From NCBI GenBank assembly GCA_032718475.1, contig JAUCBJ010001148.1, positions 1 through 32,759 on the forward strand: a stretch of 32,759 bases of DNA. Reading direction: 5' to 3'. The position numbers and the translations under genes are program-made. Positions 1 through 9,896 of the stretch are shown here, piece after piece (within the stretch, counting starts at the first letter, position 1; every line of letters begins with the position of its first letter). This stretch comes from Nemertoderma westbladi. Its lineage: Eukaryota; Animalia; Xenacoelomorpha. The notes below the pieces were generated by a model. It did not search any database and was not told where the DNA came from. It saw only the letters and a list, made by a program, of their open reading frames with translations.

Positions 1-814
1 GATAGCCTTTAGCAAAAGCAGTACGAGCGATAGATAATCGTACTGTATCTCCAACTTTAAATTTTATTTTCTTATGATTAATCTGTCTATATTTCCCATA
101 TAATCTATTCATTAATTCAGTTTCATTAAATTTATTAACTTCAATAGGTGTCATTTTTATTGTCCTATGATATGACCTATTATAAGCATAAATGAGCTTT
201 GGTAAAATTTTAATCCAAACATTATTTCCTCGTTGCGTAAAAATTTTGAACATCTTTGTTTTTAATGTTCTATTGAATCTCTCGACAATAGCCGCCTTAT
301 TCACAGAATACATTACGTAATACTGTATACCTAACGTATCTAAATATTTTCTTACAGATTTATTTAGAAACTCAGACCCTTGATCAGTCGCGATTCTGTT
401 TGGTTTTCCTTTCTGGAATATTTTTTGCAATATACTAATAATTTCAATACCCTTTTTTGTTTTCATACCATAGGCAAAAGCAAGCCTGCTAAAGGCATCA
501 ATACATGTTAATATATAGTTATAATTATTATTTTGCGATTTATATTGCTGCATATCCACCAGATCTATCATATATATATCTTTTAAACCTCCCGTAAATA
601 TTTTAGATGTTGGATAATGATGTCTACGTGGAGCGTGAAGGGTGTATGTCTTTTGCCCGCTCAACCATTTCTGGGCTTGTGCTGGTTTGATGTTTGCAGC
701 TTTTGCTAATTTTGCAACACTTGCAAAACCCGCGGGGGATGATGGATCTAAATAAATTCTTAACAGTTTTTTGTCTAAGCTTCGGCTTAAAATCGGTTTC
801 ATCTTGCGAGGCAT
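1..814 (-). CDS. Polinton retroviral-like (RVE/DDE) integrase, partial, runs off window start; start at 814 or 802
   Basis: Manual translation, not in ORF track: MKPILS..IYLDPSSPAGF..WLSGQKTYTLH..IDLVDM..LTCIDAFSR..TDQGSEF..KAAIVERFNRTLK..YNRSYHRTIKMTP..FKVGDTVRLS..FAKGY; no stops. Confidence 0.95.
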   Translation of the reverse strand, partial: MPRKMKPILSRSLDKKLLRIYLDPSSPAGFASVAKLAKAANIKPAQAQKWLSGQKTYTLHAPRRHHYPTSKIFTGGLKDIYMIDLVDMQQYKSQNNNYNYILTCIDAFSRLAFAYGMKTKKGIEIISILQKIFQKGKPNRIATDQGSEFLNKSVRKYLDTLGIQYYVMYSVNKAAIVERFNRTLKTKMFKIFTQRGNNVWIKILPKLIYAYNRSYHRTIKMTPIEVNKFNETELMNRLYGKYRQINHKKIKFKVGDTVRLSIARTAFAKGY

Positions 815-865
815 CTTTTCGACAACCGCAAGTAATATGTATATTCAAATCTCTTATAAAGGGCA

Positions 866-1036
866 TCACCGTAAGAACAACTGAAATTTTTTAATTATTT
901 TCTTTGAAGTTGATGTTTTAAAGGGTTTTCTTTTTGTAGTATTTACTCTAGGTATATCTTGTGGTTTTAAATCAGTAGCTAACGGTTTACTCGATACTAA
1001 ATATAATTTTCTAAATGTTACTCCTGTTTTAACCAT
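866..1036 (-). CDS. Small basic Polinton ORF (56 aa), possibly the N-terminus of a PM-like protein, perhaps frameshifted
   Basis: MVKTGVTFRKLYLVSSKP... starts immediately after the PW stop. The KLYLV-type start and position between PW and integrase resemble Maverick PM. Removing one base from the T6 run near 887-892 extends the frame to a TGA overlapping the integrase ATG at 802. Confidence 0.45.
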   Translation of the reverse strand: MVKTGVTFRKLYLVSSKPLATDLKPQDIPRVNTTKRKPFKTSTSKKIIKKFQLFLR

Positions 1037-1038
1037 TA

Positions 1039-1422
1039 TTACCGTCCGCGGTTAATTTTTTTCGCAATAGCTGCTCCAGCGGCGGCGGCACCGGCACTCG
1101 CGGCGAGTTTCGCACCAATGCCGAGTAAGGGTATTAGAAACGGTAGTATACCTCCAGATTGATTGCTTAACTTTTTTCTGTAACTTGATATATTTTTTGT
1201 TTTACGGTTGAGTGATTTCAATACCTTCTTATAGCGGCGAATATTTCTAAATGAATGAGGGGTTAATTGTACGTTACCTTTTAGAACATTTAATGCAGTA
1301 TTTACAATGAGCCGTATTAATTCGTTACTCGCGGTATGGTTAATAAAATAAGTTCTTTGTTGAGGGGTAGCGCTGCGTAGAAATTCCAGTTCGTTACGAT
1401 ATTTCTGCACAAGTCTATTCAT
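1039..1422 (-). CDS. Polinton PW protein (basic virion core-like protein)
   Basis: LEFLRSATPQQR..ASNELIRLIVNTALNVLKGNVQLT..KKLSNQSGGILPFLIPLLG matches the PW pattern, with an adenain-type xGG-x cleavage motif followed by a hydrophobic tail. Confidence 0.8.
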   Translation of the reverse strand: MNRLVQKYRNELEFLRSATPQQRTYFINHTASNELIRLIVNTALNVLKGNVQLTPHSFRNIRRYKKVLKSLNRKTKNISSYRKKLSNQSGGILPFLIPLLGIGAKLAASAGAAAAGAAIAKKINRGR

Positions 1423-1459
1423 TGTTGCAACATTATTGAAAATTGTTACAAAATATTAA

Positions 1460-2138
1460 TTATTTATTATTATTATTATTATTTTCGCTACGTTTATAGT
1501 CAATGTAATTTTTAATGTAACAATTATGATTACGAAATATATCCGATCTAAATCTTAAATGTTCGGGTGTTTCCTGTCGTAAATCAATTAAGAAATGCGA
1601 AAATGGTTCAATAGTTGCATCTTGATAGGAATCAACTAAAAATTTGGTCTGCCCTGGTAACATCTGCTTTCGCGAAATTTAAAACCGATAAACTGTCTCG
1701 CGGATTTTTCATTAATACTAAAGTATGGCTATTAATTGATCTTGTGCGGTTATGCTTCCCACCGTAAAACATGTTTTGCGTTATAAAACAAATAAATATA
1801 TTGGAATGATGAGCTACCTTAGTAAACAATACAGTTAAAGCTGTACTGGACTCAGTTTCTGTTAATAAATCATCTATAATTAATAAATCTCGACTATTCA
1901 CTAAACTATCTATATTTTCAGGCAAACCTTTGTAAAGGTGAGTAATACCGGGAATAGTCGGGGGATTGCTCCCGTAACAATACAATACTCGCAAGGGGGC
2001 TTCGTTGAAACAACCATTCTTGTGTTTAATTAAATTACTGACAAACGTTGACTTTCCAGAACCAGATGGCCCAGAAATTATCATACTCGTTCCCATTTGA
2101 AAGTTTAAATTATATGGACCTGAATTAAAGTCAGCCAT
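1460..2138 (-). pseudogene. Polinton A32-like DNA packaging ATPase, split by a 1-bp frameshift near 1668
   Basis: Walker A GPSGSGKST, Walker B LLIIDD, LFTKVAHH, ITQN and KNPRD motifs. Removing one A from 'gcg aaa gcag' gives FAKQMLPGQ..SYQDAT..FLIDL..LRFRSDIF, joining ORFs 1632..2138 and 1460..1663. Confidence 0.9.
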
Positions 2139-2354
2139 TTATTATTATTATTAAGATATATCAACAATACAATATAATATAATATAAATATCAATATCAA
2201 TAAACCATCACCATTACTATGTATATAACAATAATTGAGGCAACTACAATATTAGAGTACTGTATATTTAATTAACATATGACACAACTACAGTATGTGA
2301 CGCTCGCTGCAACAAAAGGTGCTATTTCCAATTATAGTATAGACTGATGTAATT

Positions 2355-2807
2355 TCAAGCATGGTGAGCATCTTTATACGCGAAATAATGATAGGTAACA
2401 TCGGCGGTTTGGAAATCACTTCCCGAGAATTTCGCACTAATGATTTTTTTATGTTCGCTGCTAAAAAAATAAGGAATATAGTAGCAACACCGTCGTACTA
2501 CATTTCTATAAAAAATATTCTCCAATATTGTAAATAAATCTCCCGGATCATTACTTTCCGCAGAAATATAAGTTATATTTCGAAGCTCTTTCCAATAATA
2601 GGGTTGATAACTTGCCAACTTTATATTAAACTTAGATATGGGTGCGCGACAAATAGGACAAATTTTAGAACAATAATTATTCATTTCGGAATATTGTACA
2701 ATACATTGTACGCAAGTTGCATGTTTATTTTCACATTTATAATAATCTCGATGTTGTTGCAATAACGTAGAATAGCAAACTGGACATTTTTCATTTAAAA
2801 TATCCAT
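2355..2807 (-). CDS. RING-finger (C3HC4-like) protein, Polinton accessory gene, putative E3 ligase
   Basis: CPVC..C-x3-H-x2-CVQC..CPICR spacing at the N-terminus; lies inside the Polinton in the same orientation. Confidence 0.75.
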   Translation of the reverse strand: MDILNEKCPVCYSTLLQQHRDYYKCENKHATCVQCIVQYSEMNNYCSKICPICRAPISKFNIKLASYQPYYWKELRNITYISAESNDPGDLFTILENIFYRNVVRRCCYYIPYFFSSEHKKIISAKFSGSDFQTADVTYHYFAYKDAHHA

Positions 2808-2968
2808 TTTTCCAAATTTTAAAGTAAATTGAAAATAATTACCTCAATCACACAACAACAAACAAATCTGTTATACTGTATATACAATTACTACTACAAT
2901 TTTCGATTATTTAAAAACATTAAAATTTTATAAATAATCATAAAATATTTATAATATAGAGGGAAAAG

Positions 2969-3412
2969 TCAAGAATCAATGATATTATCAACATATTCAA
3001 CATTATCTGTTGATTCTTCAGGTTCGATAAAGGATTCTTTTGAAATCATTACTATAAAGAAAGACATAATTTCGTAGGGGCTATGCCGATTTAGCCCTAT
3101 TTCAAACTTTTCACCAGCTTCGTTGTATTGTGTAATAACAATAAACCCCTCTATCATGGATAATAGTAAGATGTTGATTAATTTTCCCTCATGCTCAACT
3201 TTCAGGTTGTAATCTAAGAGATGAATACTATTATCAGAAGCATCAATATCAATTGAGCTTAAAACTTTCCTGGCTTTTTCAGAAAACTCAATTTTATATT
3301 TATCATCTCCCTGACGGTAAATTGTATAATCAATAACAATATAGGCTTGACCATCTTCTGCAAAAAATGAATGCCTTACTATTGGCATAACCATATCGGA
3401 ATCAGAAGACAT
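2969..3412 (-). CDS. Hypothetical acidic 147-aa Polinton accessory protein
   Basis: Intact ATG ORF in very AT-rich context, first gene inside the terminal region, TATA-like run at ~3507-3516 upstream; no recognised motif. Confidence 0.55.
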   Translation of the reverse strand: MSSDSDMVMPIVRHSFFAEDGQAYIVIDYTIYRQGDDKYKIEFSEKARKVLSSIDIDASDNSIHLLDYNLKVEHEGKLINILLLSMIEGFIVITQYNEAGEKFEIGLNRHSPYEIMSFFIVMISKESFIEPEESTDNVEYVDNIIDS

Positions 3413-3651
3413 TATTTAATTTATTTTATTGTAAATCAAACAAACAAAGTAAAAACTTTTAAACTAAAACCATTACAAATGATTAATTGTGATTAAAGCA
3501 AGAGATTATATATATAAGATATTTTCAAAAATAATACAGGTCTTAAACTGAGAAATAGCCTAAATTCGGTTTATTGATTGGTTGATTAGCCGGTAGGGAA
3601 CTACTGTATAAACAAAAAATTATTTGGTTCTGCGTAATAATAATAATCACT

Positions 3652-4130
3652 AATGCTCGTATACGCGTAGCTGGAACGTGACGGAATCTCATGTATCATA
3701 CTGGGAGGTTGGTTTGTTGGTTTGGTGACAGCCGACGAGGAGTAGCTCTATCTAGCGGAGGGTAAATCGTTGAGTTGGAAATCGATATAATATAATATAT
3801 GCGCGATGTGAGTAGTTGGTGGCCACGTCGTCGTTGTTGCCATCATATAATGTTAGTAGTAGCCTTTCTCAATATGGTATAGATGCTGTGGGATCGGTTA
3901 GGATGAGTAACTACTATGGAAATGCTCGTATACGCGTAGTTGACACGAGGCGGAATTTCATACATGTATCATACTGCGTGGTTGGTTTGTTGGTTTGGTG
4001 ACAGCCGTCGTGGAGTAGCGCTAGCTAGCGTGGGCTAAATCGTTGAGTTGGCAATCGATCGATATAATATAATATCTAGGAGGTATATGCGAGTAGTTGG
4101 TGGCCACGTCGTCGTTGTCGCCATCATATA
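3652..4130. repeat. Two imperfect ~200-bp direct repeats (3652-3849, 3921-4130) in the Polinton subterminal/TIR region
   Basis: Both start aatgctcgtatacgcgtag, share ggttggtttgttggtttggtgacagccg and end gagtagttggtggccacgtcgtcgttg..catcatata. Confidence 0.9.
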
Positions 4131-4390
4131 CAGTATACAGCGGTGGTGGTGGTGGTGATGACGTGGTGAAAAGGTGAATAACATTAGGGTTAGTAGTTAG
4201 TTAGTTAGGCTACGCTACGCTACGATTGGTTGATGGCAACTGCCTATCGATGGATGGTGACAGATGTGGCGCGCACCACAATTTAGCACCGGAATTTGGC
4301 ATTTTTTAATAGCCCTCCGAATGGAATGTGCATAGCCCAGGCTTTGGGAGGACTATGTTGGGGGCCATGCTTTATCTACTACTAACGATA

Positions 4391-5210
4391 TGCTTACACA
4401 ATTAAAATCTCACACCTTTATAAGCTTACACCATTTTAAACTTACACCATTATCATTATAAACTTACACCATTATAAGCCTATGCGATTACAAGCTTACG
4501 CAATTAAAAACTCACACCATTATAAGCGTATGCATTACAAGCTTACACAATTAAAAACGCACACTAGTATAAGCTTATGCCATTACCAGCTTACACAATT
4601 TTAAGCTTACACAATTAAAAACTCACACCATTAAAATCTTACACCTCTATAAGCTTACACAATTATATGCTTACACAATTAAAAACTCACACCATTATAA
4701 GCTTACACCATTATAAACTTACACCATTATAAACTTACATCATTATAAGCATATACCATTACAAGCTTACACAATTATAAATTTATACCAGTATAAGCTC
4801 ACACAATTTAGAACTCTCACCGTTATAAGCTTACACCATTATAAACTTATTACATTATAAGCTTATACCATTACAAGCTTACACAATAAGAAACTTACAC
4901 CATTATAAGCTTACACCATTATAAGCTTCCACAATTTTAAGCTCATACCATTATAAGCTTACACAATTTTAAGCTTATACCATTACAAGCTTATACAATT
5001 ATAAGCTTACACCTTTATAAAAAAACTCACACCGTTACAAGCTTACACCATTATAAGCTTACCCCATTGTAACCATACAATGTTATAAGCTTGCATTATT
5101 ATAAGCTTACACCATGATCTACTACAATAGTAGGTCATGCTTACACCATTTTTACGCTTACATCATTATAAGCTTACACCATTATAATCATTCGCCATTG
5201 CAATCTTACA
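4391..5210. repeat. 16-bp minisatellite (consensus ~AAGCTTACACCATTAT), about 50 degenerate copies
   Basis: Periodicity visible directly. Confidence 0.95.
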
Positions 5211-5223
5211 AACGTCTACTGAC

Positions 5224-5379
5224 CTGGGGGCCAAGTACATCTGTTTCCAAGGAGTGATGGTTGAAATTGTGGATGACAAACACATTCATATCCGCCTTCT
5301 TCTCGGTTTTTACATGTCGTTGTTTCTTCGTCACAATTATCTTTCTCCTCTAAGCATTCATTTATATCTATTTGTATTT
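5224..5379 (-). CDS. Host exon encoding a calcium-binding EGF-like domain (156 nt, phase 1-1)
   Basis: Acceptor tttacttttctattaag| and donor cag|gtcagt. Translation (K)IQIDINECLEEKDNCDEETTTCKNREEGGYECVCHPQFQPSLLGNRCTWPP has 6 Cys, DINEC and CxN..GGYxCxC consensus. Confidence 0.85.
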
Positions 5380-5449
5380 CTTAATAGAAAAGTAAACATG
5401 AATGATAATGTATAAAATGATAATAATACATAAGATCAACCACCGACTC

Positions 5450-5556
5450 ACTAAGTCTACGGTGCACCAAAGAGCCACTCACACACTGACACCCAATGTT
5501 ACTAAGTCTACGGTGCACCAAAGCGCCACACAATGAACACACTGACACCCAATGTT
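5450..5556. repeat. Short intronic tandem duplication (~51-56 bp x2)
   Basis: actaagtctacggtgcaccaaag..cacactgacacccaatgtt occurs twice. Confidence 0.85.
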
Positions 5557-5890
5557 GTATATTATAAAACTAACTTAAAATCTATTTATACTATTCTAGA
5601 TTCATTCCAATATTCACAGCAGAATTAATTTTTAGCAATTGTGTAGGTTAACTACAACTGCTTGAATTTTTGTAATTAAATTATGATAACATGTGCACAA
5701 TTATATAGACCAGTTATTGACCATTCCATATATGGAAGTATCTACTTAAAATCCCGGTATTTAGGCATAGTGAAAGATGCCCACATTTTTTCCAGACTCT
5801 CTCTAAGTAAAGTTCAATTTATTTTTTATGAAATATAAGGTCAGTAGTTCCTACAGTTGCTAAGTAATAATACTTTGACTTGTAACTAAC

Positions 5891-7805
5891 TCTCTTTCTC
5901 TTGTGTACCAACGCCAACAACAGCTCCATAAGTGCACCCAGCCACTATAATCCCCATTAATATTATGAAAGATGCCAGTAACTTTACTGTGTCTTTTTTG
6001 CTATTTTTACGAATATGGCTTCCGTGTTGCGGAGTTGGTGGTATCTCGACTGTAACCGTTTGGATTACTACAGCTTCATCCTCCTCATTGATATCTGGTT
6101 TAACATCCTCACGGAAGTAACTTTGATTCACTTTTTCACTTGCTATTTGCAACAGTAACTGTTTCCCAATTGGTGATTTAATTTGTCTTTCTTCCACACT
6201 AGTAACATCCTTCTTCACTTCTTCATCTTCCACACTAGTAACATCCTTCTGCACTTCTTCATCTTCCACACTAGCAACATCCTTATGCACTTCTTCATCT
6301 TCCACACTAGCAACATCCTTCTGCACTTCTTCATCTTCCACACTAGCAACATCCTTCTTCACTTCTTCATCTTCCACACTAGCAACATCCTTCTTCACTT
6401 CTTCATCTTCCACACTAGCAACATCCTTCTGCACTTCTTCATCTTCCACACTAGCAACATCCTTCTGCACTTCTTCATCTTCCTCACTAGCAACATCCTT
6501 CTGCACTTCTTCATCTTCCAGACTAGCAACATCCTTCTTCACTTCTTCATCTTCCACACTAGCAACATCCTTCTTCACTTCTTCATCTTCCACACTAGTA
6601 ACATCCTTCTGCAGTTCTTCATCTTCCACACTAGCAACAACCTTCTGCACTTCTTCATCTTCCACACTAGCAACATCCTTCTTCACTTCTTCATCTTCCG
6701 CACTAGCAACATCATTCTTCACTTCTTCATCTTCCACACTAGCAACATCCTTCTGCACTTCTTCATCTTCCACACTAGCAACATCCTTCTGTGCTTCTTT
6801 ATCTTCGACACTAGCAACATCCTTCTGCACTTCTTCATCTTCCAGACTAACAACATCCTTATGCACTTCTTCATCTTCCACACTAGCAACATCCTTCTTC
6901 ACTTCTTCATCTTCCACACTAGCAACATCCTTCTGCACTTCTTCATCTTCCACACTAGCAACATCCTTCTTCACTTCTTCATCTTCCACACTAGCAACAT
7001 CCTTCTGCACTTCTTCATCTTCCTCACTAGCAACATCCTTCTGCACTTCTTCATCTTCCACACTAGCAACATCCTTCTTCACTTCTTCATCTTCCACACT
7101 AGTAACATCCTTCTGCACTTCTTCATCTTCCACACTAGCAACATCCTTCTGCACTTCTTCATCTTCCACACTAGCAACATCCTTCTTCACTTCTTCATCT
7201 TCCACACTAGCAACATCCTTCTTCACTTCTTCATCTTCCACACTAGCAACATCCTTCTGCACTTCTTCATCTTCCACACTAGCAACATCCTTCTGCGCTT
7301 CTTTATCTTCGACACTAGCAGCATCCTTCTGCACTTCTTCATCTTCCACACTAGCAACATCCTTCTGCACTTCTTCATCTTCCACACTAGTAACATCCTT
7401 CTGCACTTCTTCATCTTCCACACTAGCAACATCCTTATGCACTTCTTCATCTTCCACACTAGCAACATCCTTCTTCACTTCTTCATCTTCCACACTAGCA
7501 ACATCCTTCTGCACTTCTTCATCTTCCACACTAGCAACATCCTTCTGCACTTCTTCATCTTCCACACTAGCATAATCCATCGGCTCTTCTTCGGATACCC
7601 CACACTCATCTATTCTGCGGCTTCTTTCATCAACCTTTCCCTCATTAAACTGTGTGGGAACATTTCTTTCTGAGTAATTTTCCATATCTTTTATTTCATC
7701 TATATTTTTACCTACTTCCTTATCCGTATCGGCGGTGTTTATAATATTATGGTCTTTATTTGCCTGTTCCTCAGAAATATTCACATCGATTGTTGTATTT
7801 GCCAT
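5891..7805 (-). CDS. First coding exon of a host type II membrane-like protein: acidic 12-aa repeats plus TM helix, probably spliced to the EGF exon
   Basis: 639-aa ORF with no signal peptide, a basic patch then LLASFIILMGIIVAGCTYGAVVGV. A phase-1 donor GAG A|GTTAGT just before the stop is in frame with exon 5224-5379. Candidate 5' UTR acceptor tttgcag| at 7878. Confidence 0.75.
6190..7572. repeat. Coding 36-bp tandem repeat, ~38 copies (ASVEDEEVQKDV)
   Basis: Visible directly; frame-preserving, substitutions only. Confidence 0.97.
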
Positions 7806-8039
7806 ACGTAAATTTTGGTATTTGTTTTAGTTAACATTTACAAAAAATGTTTTGTATATAATCATTTTGGGTAGTGTCTGCAAATAAATATAAAGAAGGG
7901 GAATTATGATACAGGGCGTTGTTTTCTGCTATTATAAAGATCAAAGTCGTACTAGAAAACCTCAATAGGCGTATTTTACCAATGAATATTTATAACGCAT
8001 ACCCCCAACCTAAATAACCATATATTTTCACGCTTTGAA

Positions 8040-9660
8040 GTTACTCTTATATTTGAGTCACAATTGTGATTATTGTATAAATAATTAAATATCAAAATAA
8101 AAAGTCACCGAGTGTCGAACCTTAGTAAGCCAATGCTTAGGTTATCGAAAGTCTTATTGTAATCGTTTTATTTTGGAACATTAAAATGCTTTCAGTTTTT
8201 AAGATACAATATAATATAAATATACAATAATTGGTACAATACATATAATATACACAAAACAATTATAATATACCTTTTACTCTATCCGTTTACACCAATA
8301 AATTATCTAACCCCCTTCCCTCACCCCCATCCCCAATACATATTCTATCATCCACATCACCACAGCTGGATAACGTCTCACTACATACACACTCGTTTAC
8401 AAACTAATTATCAAATCACTTTTACTAATCGTATACTCTACTCACTGTAACCATTATATAGTGATCGTGAATGTAACCTATACAACAATTATTACACCCC
8501 CTCTGATAGAACCCCGTCTATCACATTATTTACATCCCCCTCAGTGACCTCATCAATAACGTTTTGGATTGCCATACAGATCAACAGGACGTCTCACACG
8601 GGTAGATCTTGGTGGTATTACCGCATCTTCAGTTTCATCATTATCAGTATTTTGGTTGTTGTTATCGCTTTGATCAAACTCTCCACATTCAAATCGTAAG
8701 AAATCATCACTGCCATCGGATTTTGTTATATTACCATCCTCGTTAATCTTTGCTTCTTCTTCTAAACGGTCATCAATACTTACTTCTACTGCGTGTTTTA
8801 TTATATCAATGTTTACTAATTTGTCTTTGATCTCCTTATTCCTATTAGATATTCGTACTGTTGTTGAGTTTATAATATCAGTCACTGTCCATCCCTTTGT
8901 CCATTGTGCCATCTGTTTAGGCGACCTTATCTTCGCGCAATAAATACACCAAATCTCCAGTGGCAAAGATTTGTGGTGTTGAAATGTATATTCCATCTAA
9001 TTTTGACATACACTCTTGCAGATGATCTACTAAAATAGGATTTAGACCTTGGGCCCATGAAGACCCAGATTTCTTATCGATATTTCTAGAACAACAATCC
9101 AAACCACAAATCGCTTCTGTAGGGCTCATGGCAGTTATAGTCGTTAGGTTCACTACCTTGGTGCATTTTTTTATTATAAATGCTGAACATGGGGTGCTCA
9201 TATTATATTTGCAACCATTTGTAACAAATTGTAACCAGGGACATCAATTCGTGACAAGGTGCTCATATTTTTAACCAATCATATTGATTGGAAATGCGGA
9301 AATACAGATTCGTAACCAGGTATTCAAATTCGTAATTGGAAATCCAAATTCGTAACCAGGCGCTCAGATTCGAAACTGGTTTAGAGTTGATATCCTGAAA
9401 AAAATAGTTAGCGGCCTATGGCCTGTAAAAATATTACTGTAGTTTCGGTTTGGTTTAACTTCGGTACCTTCACGGCGTCTTGACGCCGTCTTTAATTCTT
9501 TATCGTTATGGTACATTACAGCACCGATTCCTGAACACTTATCTGTATTACATGTCTTGATTTCAGATTGATTTACCGTGGCAGACTCTTTCCAACCTAT
9601 AGGCAGTCTCGTTAGTTTTATCAGACAAGTTTCTTCAGATTTCACCAACTTTACCTTAAC
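8040..9660 (-). mobile_element. Degraded Ty3/Gypsy LTR retrotransposon remnant (RT, RNase H, integrase fragments, PPT, 3' LTR); left boundary approximate
   Basis: RLPIGWK (RT-like); GIGAVM..ASR..NYS and FTGHRPL (RNase H); MSPTEAICG, FATGDLVYL, WTKGWTV and RSTRVRRP (integrase C-terminus); then PPT-like GAGGGGGA followed by TGT at 8534 (LTR start). Confidence 0.75.
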
Positions 9661-9733
9661 ATCTAACTAAACCATATAACTTTACTAACTCTAGCAGTTT
9701 AGTTCTAAACGACGATTTACCAAATTCACATAC

Positions 9734-9896
9734 ATACCCCCGACATAAACTCGAAGTACACCCTAATATTTTGGGTTAAGACAGTAAGAACTATGTTTAC
9801 AAAGTTGTTGGCAGGGAGAAAGTGTTGCTGCGAGGAATGGAGAAAGTGTACGAAACCTTGACGTAATGGTTATTTTTTGCATCTTAGGTTACTATT
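9734..9896. repeat. Dispersed ~160-bp repeat, inverted copy at 32441-32600
   Basis: cgacataaactcgaagtacaccctaatattttgggttaagacag...gcatcttaggttactatt is the near-exact reverse complement of 32441-32600. Confidence 0.9.

Larger units (their letters stand above)
1..4383 (-). mobile_element. Polinton/Maverick (adintovirus-like) endogenous viral element, one end (continues beyond window start)
   Basis: Co-oriented integrase, packaging ATPase and PW-like genes. CTACTACT at 4376-4383 reads 5'-AGTAGTAG on the minus strand, a typical Polinton terminus. The other end and the TSD (would be AACGAT, 4384-4389) cannot be checked in this window. Confidence 0.9.

Noticed and set aside
624-894. ORFs 624..869 and 694..894
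   Set aside because: They overlap the true integrase frame and have no motifs.
4391-7572. Regular arrays as possible CRISPR
   Set aside because: Pure tandem repeats without unique spacers, no cas genes, eukaryotic context.
6183-7673. 496-aa plus-strand ORF (FHTSNILLHFFI)n and ORF 7223..7468
   Set aside because: Shadow frames of the 36-bp repeat; only the acidic minus frame has unique flanks, a TM and a splice link.
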